64,000 nt of DNA from Octopus vulgaris (lineage: Eukaryota). This document shows positions 52,201-64,000 of this stretch, piece after piece. Numbering within the stretch: position 1 is the first letter of the stretch; each line of letters begins with the position of its first letter. Location: NCBI GenBank assembly GCA_951406725.2, contig OX597819.1, positions 1,922,001 to 1,986,000 of the forward strand, written 5' to 3'. The notes beneath the pieces are model-generated. The model ran no database searches. It had not been told where the DNA came from and saw only the letters and a list, made by a program, of their open reading frames with translations. The position numbers and the translations under genes were made by a program.

Positions 52201-54639
52201 TTATTAAACTTTACGAAGGAATGAGTCAAGATTTCTTTTTTACCCATTTCGATAACCTATATTTTGTCTCTCTTCACTACGTCTCAATCTTATATTGTTT
52301 CCTTTAACCTTAATTCAATCCTTTCAGATCCCTCTTGTCCTCGAAATAACTGAAAGATTTTATAGACACGTTAGAGAGACGTTTACTTTAAAATTTTAGC
52401 TATTCATTTATTCAAATCGTGAGCATACGAAGTTGGACAATATTGACCTGATATCAGGTGTAACAAAGCCTATTCATAAACTGGCAACTTAAGCTTGACA
52501 TTTTATGGTGGATTATCGCAAGATCTTAAGGTTTCCAAAATGTTTAGGAGATGAAATTTTGTACTAAGTTTTATAGTATTTAATTTATTAATTCATAATT
52601 TATTAGATTTATTTTTTTAAATCTTAAAGTAAAACTAATAATTAAATTTTAGAATTTCCACTGAGAATTATTCTCTTAAATAAAATACTAGAATAATCTG
52701 TTATTCAAGCGTTATATTTTACTTTTGCGGTAAACTTGAGATTTCTAGGAGAAACTAAGGTTATTAAGTTCGCGTTTTTCTTACAAAGGTTTGGTTAAAG
52801 ATTTGGAAAAAAAATTGGAACTGTCCTACAATGGACTTCACTATATTGCTTGAAGTTAAATCGATCATAAAAAAATACAAAGGAAAACTGAGTGTCTGTT
52901 GCCAATATTGAAAAGAATCCGTTAATTTATTAAATTCTATAATTCTATTGAATTATAGAATTTGACAAACGGGATTTGATTCTAGCTCTAAATGTTACTC
53001 CAGTTCTAAAGTTTGAAATGAATGAATTTCGTCAAAAGAATCAAAATGGATGAAATTTATTTCAGTTGGAAATATTCTGCGATAAAATATTTATTTCATA
53101 GTCGCTTGCAATTTGGGAATATTTCCAATTAGAAACTTGAATCAATTTGGTGCGTAGAATATTAAAATAATACTATCCTCCATCATCACTATTTCTGGTT
53201 CTGTATAATCTAAATTAAAAATTGTGTGAATTTCTTTTATACTCTCTTGGCAGCCATACACCGGATTATGTGCGTAAGTAGTAATTTCATCAGAAAATAT
53301 TTCATACAAGATTTATGGTACCCAACTGAAGATGAGACCCAGTAAAAAAGAAAAATATAGAAAAAAAAAGCAAAAACAAATCTTAAAAATCAGCAAGAAA
53401 TCTGATGAGAGAATATTTTCAATATTGTCTGCTATTCTTTACACAGACATCTCTTCTATCTATTGATCTTTATAAACAAATATGTTGCTGGGCAACACAC
53501 ATCAAAACTAAGAAAATCAAAACATTCAACTCCTTAACAAAATAAATAGAGTTCAAATATCGTTCTAGTATTAATGTGAAGATGAATTAACCTAACTCTT
53601 CGTTATCAATCAAGTTATTTCAATGTCACTGAAGTGTAATGAAATAGAAATCATATTTTCAAGGATGTTATCATCATTATTTTGCAGTTGTTGTTATTAA
53701 TGTCATCACCATCGACATCGTACTGCTAATATCGATTTATTGCAGCACGCACCTTTAAACCAATCGATCAAAAATATTTCCTTTTCAAGAAAATGGATAA
53801 AAATACACATTCTGAACATTTATCGCTACATAAGCCGTATTTCTGTTGTTGCTGTTTATGCGTATGTATATGCGTGTATCTGTGTCTCTTTGCAAGCGTG
53901 TTTCTCTGTGTGAATATTTATATGGTGATCCTATAATTGAAAAAGTAAGCTTCCGGATAGTTGAATCAGTAACCTGGTTTCGAAGCCATTCAATACAAAC
54001 CTTAGGCTATTAAATATTCTTAGAAAGGCAAGACCGTTGCGGTCTCGCCTTATCCTTCATAAACTACTGAGCTCAATATTTCCTGTCAGAAATCAAGAAA
54101 ACTCTATGATTTGTGTGGAGAGGTGGATATGTATGAGTGTGTAAGTATGCGTCAGTCGGTGACTGAAATATTACATTGCAGTGCGCTGCAGCCAAAATAG
54201 CAAATCATGATGCAAAAGTGTACGTTTACGTACACTGTGACGTGGTTTATGGTTAACAGGTTCACTTTAAAGCGCCTTAGATTCGTGTTGGGTGCCTCCA
54301 TACATGACGACGAACAAGCACCTACTAGGATAGTCTCGTCAGATGAAACTTAGGACAAATATCTCGAATTTTGACTGACCAGTACGGACACTCAGGGTAA
54401 AGCCATTATATATGGCAGGCTGGCGATTGGTATATACGTGTGTGTGTGTGTGTATGTATGTGTGTGTGTGTCTGTGTGTGTGTGCGCGTGTGTTTGTGCG
54501 AGTGTGTGTCTATGAGTGTGCTAGTATGTGTGTACATGTAAGTGTGTGTATGTATGTGTGTGCAAGCGCATGTAGGTATACGTTTATGTCATCAGGCTTG
54601 GGACGAACAAATTACGTAAGAATCTGAAATAGCTGACCT

Positions 54640-55560
54640 CGTTAATAGCACATTCACACTCAGGAATGTAAGCTATTGTACCAATGAATATTGAATACAA
54701 AATAAATAAAGTGGGAGTAGAAAATTTGTGGAAGCAAGAAAAAGCGTAAATTATGAATGCACAAGACAAACTCATTTCTGCATACAAGGAAACAGCCTGC
54801 AAGATAGATAAATATGGCAACGAAAACCTGCTTTTAGCTATGAAGAAGCAACAGAAAATGGAGTGAAAAAACTCTTCGTATCCAATATTCTGCAAGACCA
54901 CACACACACACACACACACACACACAAAGAATGTAAGTTAGCCTAAAGCCCAATAATGGCTCAAGAGCCTCTGAAATTATAGTAAATCTGTAATGTCTGA
55001 TTTTAGTTGCCTGTGATTTGTTCTAAGACAAAATCTACAAAAACAATCATTGAAACACGAGACTACTATCAGCTTTAGACTATGCAACCATCACAAAGAA
55101 GCAATTGATTAGATCTAGTTGCCCAGAACTTTATATGATCGACATTGTGCCGACACGTCTACGTGATAACTGAGAGGAAGAGATATAATCATCCTTCAGA
55201 CTCAGTATATTGCAATAACCTGGCTAAGATAATTATGAGGCATTCCTTTTTATTCAGAATAAAATTACTTGCTCTTATATCATACTCAAAGAATGAAAAG
55301 GATATATGTATTCTCATAGACATCACAGTCCCATTTGATGAAAACGTTGCCTGAAAACAAGGTGAGGAATTGTCGAACTTTAAGGAGTAGCAAAGAGAAA
55401 AATCAATGTGTAAACTGCCATTAATAATTATTGCACAAAACAGCACATGAGCAAAACATAAAAGCCATGGCAGAGTTTATACACAACTTTACAAACACTG
55501 CAAATAATAGCCTTGTTACAAACATCTCATATTCTTTGCAAAACATTTCAGTTCAATAGG
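54640..55560 (+). mobile_element. Very decayed Dong/R4 3' region
   Basis: RLCNHHKEAID..SSCPEL, CILIDITVPFDENV and LQIIALLQTSHIL remnants. Confidence 0.6.
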
Positions 55561-56171
55561 ACAACTTGCGTATTACACTTCCTACATAAATAGCACAATC
55601 GTTACCCAATATTATAACATAACCTCCACATCATTTATTCTGTGCAATAGGTATATAATGCTATTACACAGTTAACACAATATGTACGCTGTACAATAAC
55701 CGCCCAATAAAATAGCAGAACTGATAGAGTCTATATTATGCACAAAATACTAATACAGTACTAAAATAATAACAGAATACCAAACAAAACACAACAAACT
55801 ATAGTAGATGTTATATATAAATACTATTCCACACGCTCAAAATGAAAAAAAAATATTATGATAAACATGAACGAATCAAAATATCTATATCAAGGCATAT
55901 AGTTCAAAATTAATCCCGCTCGGCGCAGTCCAATTTCTCCGCGAGCACATCATATTCAGCAGTTCAACATCTGCACAATCTTCTTTCATTAATGTTGCAG
56001 CTCACGCAACATTTCATCTAAAAATGCAAGAGAACAGAACACGAGCAAAAACAGAATATAGTTAACCACGCAGCAGGGCGTACGTACTCAAACGGAAAAA
56101 AAGGATCATTTCTTGACACAGAATAATAATATTAACAACAAAAGCAGCAACAACAACAATAATAATAATAA

Positions 56172-56355
56172 TACTATAGGCACATAGCCTGATATTTTGG
56201 GGGAGGGGACTAGTCAATCACATCGACCCCAGTGTTTTACTGGTACTTATTTATCGACCCCGAAAGGATGAATGGCAAAGTCGACCTCGACGGAATTTGA
56301 ACTGTGAATGTGGAGACGGGCGAAAGGCCGCTAAGCATCTCGCTAGCTTCCGCCT
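56172..56355 (-). mobile_element. SINE family 1
   Basis: atcgaccccgaaaggatgaatggcaaagtcgacctcgacggaatttgaact core. Confidence 0.88.
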
Positions 56356-56356
56356 G

Positions 56357-56380
56357 AATAACAACAACAACAACAATAAC

Positions 56381-56439
<59 letters not shown>

Positions 56440-56450
56440 TAATAACAATA
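56357..56450. repeat. (CAA)/(TAA)n microsatellite
   Basis: Visible array. Confidence 0.97.
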
Positions 56451-56459
56451 GTTTCATAA

Positions 56460-56921
56460 AAGATGGGCTACAGCAAATATTCTGCTCAATACCACAGATT
56501 TGTTTGTCAGTTGTTTGACCATAACCAGTTGACCATGTCCCTTAGTGGCTGACGATATGTGCATCTCTGATCACGAGCAGAAGTAGTGGGGGAGCATCAT
56601 AGCCATGTGTTGAGATGGATTATGGGGGATTGAATAATTCACCTTTGGAAACGTTGGTGTTTCGTTCAACATTCTTAAGCAACCCTTATTCAGGGACCTT
56701 TTGAGCGGGATGGGTTACTCGACCAGAAGAAAATTCTAACTGGGCCCCACTTGCAAGGCCATGTGCTGTTTATCTTGATATGAGATCACCATGTCGTGCA
56801 CATATGGTTGTGATGCATGTGCTTAGTGTATCCTTATCAGGCGGGTAATCATGATGGGTATACTGGGCTTTGTATATTTTACCTCAGTGTCACTTTGATG
56901 GCATGCACTGCTCTCTCACTC
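56460..56921 (+). mobile_element. Second full copy of the non-coding ~460-bp (TAA)n-associated element
   Basis: aagatgggctacagcaaata...ctctctcactc followed by aataataat; homologous to 30279-30740. Confidence 0.88.
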
Positions 56922-56935
56922 AATAATAATGGTTT

Positions 56936-57455
56936 CAAATGCAGATTCTGCGATAAATTTAATGAAACAATAGAGCATCTCGTCTCGGAATGTCCTGTAC
57001 TGACACCAAACGAATGCAAAAATCGCCCCGATAGGGTAGTACAGTATTTAAATTGGAAAACTTGTAAAAACTACAAAATCACCATTTTTGATTATTGATA
57101 TGAACATTATCCTGAGCCAGTCGTTGAAGGTATGCGATAAGGAAGAAAGAAAACTCGATAAATATGAGAGGTTATCTAGGGAGGTTAAGCAGTTGTGGTC
57201 GATGAAAAAGGTGATAATAGTACCAATAATTGTCGGAGCCCTGGGAACAGTGAGTAAAAATCTTGTGAAGCACAGGGAACAAATAGGGGCTGCAGTAAGA
57301 GTGGAGCACTTGCAGAAAATATCACTACTTGGAACTGCTCGAACACTCCGGATGGTGCTCGAAAAATAAGGATTGTTACCTTAGTTCACTGGTAATAAGC
57401 AGATGGTACCATAGTACATCTCCAGCGTTAGAAGCTGTGCTAAGACAATAAAATA
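56936..57455 (+). mobile_element. Dong/R4 3' fragment with an internal deletion of the PD..D core
   Basis: CRFCDKFNETIEHLVSEC..YEHYPEPVVEG joined directly to KEERKLDKY..PIIVGALG..LLGTARTLRMVLEK*, then family B UTR and (TAA)n. Confidence 0.85.
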
Positions 57456-57464
57456 ATAATAATG

Positions 57465-57877
57465 TTTTCAAATTTTACCACAAGGGAAGAAATTTGGGTA
57501 AGGGAATGAATCGATTACCTCGACCCCAGTGTTCAGCTGGTACTTATTTTATCGAACTCAAAAGAATAAAAAGTAAAGACGATCTCGAAAGCATGAAAGT
57601 TGACCACGACGGAATTTGAACTCAGAGCGTAGCGACGGGCGAAATACCTATTTCTTTACTACCCACAAGGGGCTAAACACAGAGGGGACAAACAAAGACA
57701 GACAAACGGATTAAGTCGATTATATCGACCCCAGTACGTAACTGGTACTTAATTTATCGACCCCGAAAGGATGAAAAGCAAAGTCGACCTCGGCGGAATT
57801 TGAACTCAGAACGTAACGGCAGACGAAATACTGCTAAGCATTTTGGCCAGCGCACTAACGACTCTGCCAGCTCGCCA
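57465..57877 (-). mobile_element. SINE family 1 tandem dimer
   Basis: Two cores; junction gaaatacc|tatttctt at about 57648. Confidence 0.9.
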
Positions 57878-57880
57878 ACT

Positions 57881-57881
<1 letters not shown>

Positions 57882-57911
<30 letters not shown>

Positions 57912-57980
57912 AAGAAGAAGAAGAAGAAGAAGAAGAAGAAGAAGAAGAAGAAGAAGAAAGAGGAGGAGGAGGAGGAGGAG
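57882..57980. repeat. (AAG)n/(GAG)n microsatellite
   Basis: Visible array. Confidence 0.97.
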
Positions 57981-58454
57981 GATACAAAACGTACAACTAA
58001 ACAGTTAAGACTTACAACAACAGAAATAACAAGGATAACAACGCACATGCTGAAAGGCATGCACACTTTTTGCCAGTTGGAAAGAGCAAAGTACAATGAG
58101 AGTGATGGGAATAACAGACATTCTTTCACTAACGCAGTTAGTAAGATAAATCACCCGACAGAGAAGAAATTTAATTGGCAGTGTTAAGTGGCCAAAGATA
58201 TAAAGCTTAAGCCAGAGATCTTATTCAAGTGTAAGAAAGGAGGAAGGTCACGTATCATTGTGTAGCTAAAAGCAGACCAGGTTTTATAATGATCTCCAGA
58301 AAGAAATATCTCTGGCCGACGTATGGAGTGATAGCTCCTCTATCGTTTGGATAAGGTTTATGGGACCGAATGCTAGAATCAGAAATTAGGTCCCGTAAGC
58401 TGTACCCATTAAGAATGGGACAGCAATGCAAACCAACTTGGTAAACTTACACCC

Positions 58455-58860
58455 ATATTTCTTTATTGCCCACTAGGAGCTAAACGTAGAGGGGACAAAC
58501 AAGGACAGACAAATGGATTAAGTCAATTACATCGACCCCAGTGCTCAACTGGTACTTAATTTATCGACCCCGAAAGGATGACAGGCAAAGTCGAACTCGG
58601 CGGAATTTGAACTCAGAACGTAACGGCCGACGAAATACCTATTTCTTTACTAACCACAAGGGGCTAAACACAGAGAGGACAAACAAGGACAGACACACGG
58701 ATTAAGTCGATTATATCGACCCCAGTGCGTAACTGGTACTTATTTAATCTACCCCGAAAGGATGAAAAGCAAAGCCGACCTCAGAACTCAGAACGTAGTG
58801 GCAGACGAAATACCACTAAGCATTTCGCTCGGCGTGATAACGTTTCTGCCAGCTCGCCGC
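58455..58860 (-). mobile_element. SINE family 1 tandem dimer
   Basis: Two cores; junction gaaatacc|tatttctt at about 58639. Confidence 0.9.
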
Positions 58861-59393
58861 TAAACTTATACCCAGCTGCTCATGGGTAGGTGGCACAATG
58901 CTAAGGTCATTGTGACAGATATTGACAAGGATGATAACAAGTCGTCCTCACTGTTATGGTGCAGTTCATGCAAATTGTGAGTGGCAAGGTAACTGGGAAT
59001 AACATCCGTCGGGTGGGATTCTGAATGGCCACTAAAGATTACAAAACTATGTATGGGTCTACGCACGCTCGAAGGTAAAGAAGTAAACGCCGTGAGGATT
59101 ATGGTTCAGATTAGAACCAGCTGTTATGTCTATGACAGTAAGAGCCATTTGAGAGAAAGCGCAAGTTTTCTTCTTTTAAATAGTGAGGTATTCGAATTAA
59201 TCCATCACAAAAATAGAAGAAATGCACAAGAAGAGCAAGCGAGTGTGAGAGTGACGAAAAATGTTGCTACATTTGAGATAGATATCAATTTCGCTTGCAT
59301 ACAATACAGTGTGAAAATAGTAGGACAATAACGACAGTAAGAAAGGAAATAGTAACAACAGCACAAGCAGGGGCAACGAGATACCATTAGCCA

Positions 59394-59600
59394 CAAGAAG
59401 AAGAAGAAGAAGAAGAAGAAGAAGAAGAAGAAGAAGAAGAAGAAGAACAACAACAACAACAACAACAACAACAAGAAGAACAAGAACAAGAACAAGAAGA
59501 AGAAGAAGAAGAAGAAGAAGAAGAAGAAGAAGAAGAAGAAGAAGAAGAAGAAGAAGAAGAAGAAGAAGAAGAAGAAGAAGCAGGACAACAACAACAACAA
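59394..59600. repeat. (AAG)n/(AAC)n compound microsatellite
   Basis: Visible array. Confidence 0.97.
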
Positions 59601-60599
59601 CAGGAGTGGCAGCAGCAACAAAAGGACGATGACAGTAGCAATGAATAACTATAGCGATAAGGAGGACATTAGAACCAGTGCTTTGCGAGAATTCGAGATC
59701 CGAGGAAGATAAGCTGCAACGGCAACAGCGCCACAAACCATATCTGTTACACTACTGCGACTGCCATCATAGACACAGAATCCGTTGAAAACACTCACAA
59801 ATATATCAACAGCAATGACACAAAAATTACTACAAAGGCCGTCTCATTTCCAGATGCAAATATAATTGAATGGGTGTCTGTGTCTGTAATATACAAGCTT
59901 AACAGAAACACACACACGAATCTTTCGAATGGATGGTAGGTCAACTGCATTAGCAGTGACGTCAGGCTCCCGGGAAAATAATCGACAGGAAGAACAGTAA
60001 TTTACCTGGTGCGTTGGTTAAAAGCCGTTGCGTTGAAAATGCCACACACACCCTGGTTGAAAAATGTCTGAGAGGGAAATGGAGCGATATCCACTTCATA
60101 CGTAGTGCCAGGTTATACGGGAGTTGCTAATATGAGATTCCTTGTAGATGTCCTTTCACATTACCATGTAAAAAGTAGGACCACCCGTTCCTGTTCGTCA
60201 AAGACAGAATAGTAGCTGGTTAGTGTAAGGTACACACAATTTCAACTGACTTTTTGGAGTTGTGGATGCCATATGTTATCACCAACCGGTGGCCAAATAA
60301 AATCTCTATTCACATACGATTTCAGTATGGCTCATTGCCCTTTGTCCATGCAGTCAATCCTAGGCATTTGGGAATATGAGCAAAGAATTCCACCGTGCGT
60401 GTAGAATTCATTTTCAGTCTGCCATTAGTATTAAAGAATAGAACGATCGCAGGAAAGCTTCTAGACGCCTGAAGGATCCAGTTAGCTCAAGACATTATCA
60501 GGAGGAACCACGTCCGGTTTCCGTCCCTACTCCTCTACCGTTTTGACGTGGCGGGCCTTCCCCCTTTCGGAGGTATCTTCAGCTCTGGTGTTGGGTCCA

Positions 60600-63500
60600 T
60601 GTCTTCTTTCTTCTTTTTTCTGTTCCCTGGTCTCTCCGATGTATCATCAGCGAGTGTCATCCGGTGACTGACTGACTTGTCAAATTTTCCCCTTTAAATA
60701 CCTACCGCTAGGCTCCAGCAGGCAGCCCCAGCAAGTTGTCACGTGACACTGTCTCACCGTAACTGACTAGTGAAGGCGCTTAGTTTTAGCCCGCGCTTTT
60801 CCTAAACGACCGTCACGTGTCAGTCAGCTTGTCTCACCTAATAATGTTATTTCCCGCCGGCATGTTATGACTTTCAAGCCATTTTTGGTCTTCCTACTTC
60901 GGCCATATATATAGAAGCTGGCTTTTTCGACCGCCTCCTGTACTCTCCTTATTAGTTTTTGCAGCTCGGAGCTAGAAAAAACAAATCTCCTTTTGAAAAG
61001 CATTGTCATTTTCCTTTCAATGAAGCCTCTAGCCCCCACTGCCAGGTGATAATATTCGACATTCCATCCCTGTTCTCTGCATTCTTCGATTAGCTTTTCA
61101 TACCTCTTCTCCTTTCGTTCCTCTGCATTGCCGATGTTCTCTTCCCAAGGTACTGTCAGTTCTAGTAAAATTCCTATTCTCCGGTCTCTGTTTTTATTAG
61201 TGGAAATACTTGTCATTCCAAGTCTGTGGCCACCTCCCAGTATCCCATCCATCTTTCGTCTATCTCGTGTACTTTACTTGTAGGCCTGGTTTTATATCCT
61301 TTTCCCTCCTTGTGGAAGTATACTTTCCTGCGCTTTTCTACTTTTGGGTACTCTCACCTATTGTACCTCTCGATCTTCTCCTTGAGTGCTGCGCCTCTGA
61401 CGCCGAGGACTTGATTATGCTGCCATGTATATCTTTCTAGTGCTTGTCTGCAATTTGAAAGAACATGTCTAACCGTCGCTTTCTCTCCGCATCTACACTC
61501 ATCGGTTGTTTTTATGTTCCACCGGACTAAGTTCGTCGGTGAAGGTAGAACGTCGAAGGTTGATTTGATCAGGAAGGATGTTCTTGCCTGTTCCCAAGCC
61601 TAAAGCTCCTTCCATGATATTCTGCGGCTGATCACATATTCCTCCCATCTCAGGCACTGTCCCTGTTGACTGCATTGTACCAAATGTACATTTCGCCTGT
61701 CTTCTTCCTCCTTTCTCACTTCGTATACCACTGCCTCTTTCATCTCTTTTATACTGCTCTTGCAAAATGGCGTGAAATTTTGCGACTCTAGGCCGGTTCT
61801 TGCTTCTTGCGTCGCTCCGACTATCTGCGTGCCTTAGTTTTCCGATCGCCCTGTATACTGACTCTTGCGCCTTCCATTTCTTCCCTGTTCGTACCTTTGG
61901 AGGGTTTTCCCGGATGCTCTGATCTTTTGAATACCTTAGCATCATTACTGTCTTATATTCTTTGGCGATTGATGTTTTCCATATAGTGCAGTTGTATTCA
62001 GTGGTTTCGGCAGACCAAGCCATTTTCTGATAAACACACTGCATCTTTGTTCCATTCTTTCTACTCTACTCGAGGCTATTTCGTACCTTTGCAATGGCCA
62101 CATTATTCTTGAGTACAGCCCAAATTGCAGTATCCAACATTTGAATTTTCCCGGCAGCGTTGTTCTGTCAATTGCCTTTAATCCTTCTTCTACTAACTCA
62201 TGTGTTTCTTTCCCTTGCTTCTTATCATTTAATAAATCTCTATACCATCTGCCGAGACTCTTTACTGGTTGTTCTTTCACCGTTGGTATGTCTTCACCTC
62301 CTATCCTGAATTTCACTTCTTCTTGCCTTCCTTTCACGAAAGCCACGCTTCGAGATTTTTTGGCTTTGAACTTCATCAGTTCGTTTGCCCATGCTATCAG
62401 TTCGTCCAACCGCTCTGCTGCTTCTCTACTTTCTGATAATATAGTTACGTCGTCCATAAAAGCCCTTTATGGTGACTTTGTAAAAGCTTTCTCACAGTTT
62501 GTAGATCTAAGTAACATGTCCATGACTAGCACTAATAAGGTGACTGATATCGTGTATCTAGCTTCAATACTTATTTCAAGCCGTTGCCACTCCGTTGTGA
62601 ACTTTCCTGCTGTAAATCTCATCCTCAGGTTGTCGTAGTACGACATGAGCATTCATTGAACATCTTTTGGAATCCAAAAGAAGTCCATCGCTGTTTTTAT
62701 TATTGCGTGCAGAACAGATCCATAAGCATTGGCAAGATCTAGCCAAACAATATATAGGTTTTTCTTCATTTGTTTTGCATAGGTGATGGCTTCCCAGATG
62801 GCAAATGCGTGTTCTATGCACCCAGGGATTCCGGGGATACCTGCTTTTTGGATTGCTTCATTAACGTACCCGTTATGCTGTACGAATCTTATGATTCGTC
62901 GAGAAAAATAATTCCAAACATGATTTTCCCGTCAGTATTTAATAATGAAATTGGTCTAAATTGGCCTAGTGCCTTTGCCTCTTTTTCTTTAGGTAGATAG
63001 ATACCTTTGGCTATACACCATCGCTCCGCTACATCTTTCTTCTTCCACATTTCTCTTATCAGTGCAAACAGCTGCAAACGTAATTTCGGGCAATATGTAT
63101 ATACCTTGTAGCTCACTCCATCGTTCCCTGGTGAACTTTTTGCTCTTGCTTTTCTTATGAGCTCATCCATTTCTTTCCGTTTCATGTCGCTCAATTCAAA
63201 TGGTACTCTTGGTTCAGGTGGTTTCTTCAGTCCGTGCATTTCTGGGAGTACTTCATTTCTGTCAGAGTCGATGTATGTCTCATTCAGATGTTGTTCGAGC
63301 TCTTCTTTCGTGCAATCCAATTTTCCGCTTTTACTTTCAGTAACTAAATGTTTCGCATATTAATAGGAATTGTTCACAAAGCTAGTTTTTTTTTCTCTCT
63401 CCTTTCTTCTACTCTTCCTTCTTTGTTTTCTTAGCAGGTCTCGATGCCTCTCTTTTATCTCTTCATATAGCTGCTTTAGCCCTTCTCTTTCCTCCTCCTT

Positions 63501-64000
63501 TGCATCCCTCCATCTGGTTCTGAGTTTTTTTTTCTCTCTCTCGAATCTTTGCGATCCGTCTTTCTCTCCTCGATGGTCCACTCTTTGCCGTTGATTCTAC
63601 CCTCCCTGTTGTTTCCAGTCCAAATCGTTTCTCTCCTTCCTGGTAGATTGTATTAGCCAGGTTTTCGAGCTTTTGTTCGTCGTCACCTTTGAATTTGGTG
63701 GTCATTCTTGCTACCTCGTTGTCAAATTTTTTATAACTCGCTGCCTCATTTGCTTTCGGCCACTTAATCTTTGTCCCCTTCACGCCTATCAATCTTTTAG
63801 ACTGTTCCAATTTAACTGTGGAATGAACCTCGCTATGGTTATTTTCCAGGGAGTTCTGGCCACACGTCTTATGGAATATATACAGTTGTAAGATTGAAAA
63901 ACCATATTTCTCTGCCGCTCGCATCCACTGCAATCAACTTTCTACTTAGATCCAGAATGACTGTATATACTTCAATCTTCAAGGTTTCCTGAACAACCCT
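60600..64000 (-). mobile_element. HERO-clade (RLE-type) non-LTR retrotransposon, disrupted, continues beyond the window
   Basis: QFRPISLLNTDGKI, QKAGIPGIPGCIEH, WLDLANAYGSV, MDDVTIL, FKAKKSRS, VKSLGRWY, LPGKFKCW, HVLSNC and LELTVPWEE..ERK..RY..GARGF; multiple frameshifts, PD motif deleted. Confidence 0.88.

Noticed and set aside
52400-53350. hAT transposase fossil
   Set aside because: Too decayed to support with specific motifs.
56515-56590. Twister or hammerhead in the 460-bp element (taac..gtccc..ctgacga)
   Set aside because: The required pairings and GAAA box are not found in register.
57560-57650. HDV-like ribozyme at the SINE dimer junction
   Set aside because: GGTATTT can pair with AAGTACC, but P3/L3, P1.1 and J4/2 cannot be placed.
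62141-62638. 165-aa plus-strand ORF and other plus-strand ORFs over the LINEs
   Set aside because: Antisense shadows of RT coding sequence.

Overview
This is AT-rich eukaryotic DNA, dense in microsatellites and repeats, with no recognisable intact host protein-coding gene; it reads as intergenic or intronic sequence. Its SINE families resemble octopus retroposons, so a coleoid cephalopod source is likely (inference from recognition, not a database search). Contents: (1) many R4/Dong-clade non-LTR retrotransposon pieces, including one young near-intact 2.4-kb 3' copy, stacked in (TAA)n arrays with a fixed orientation; (2) a non-coding ~460-bp element that also ends in (TAA)n; (3) several Penelope-like (PLE) remnants next to (TA)n, three of them as fold-backs, whose arms carry hammerhead-ribozyme-like motifs (best examples 21662-21741 and 45277-45311); (4) two tRNA-derived SINE families, including tandem dimers with an identical junction; (5) a full-length mellifera-type mariner, a HERO-clade LINE running off the right edge, and decayed RTE, APE-LINE, hAT and Helitron-like fossils. 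The most interesting signal is a microsatellite-partitioned retroelement community: (TAA)n is used by Dong elements and a non-autonomous partner, while (TA)n is used by hammerhead-bearing PLE fragments. Coordinates of decayed elements are approximate.
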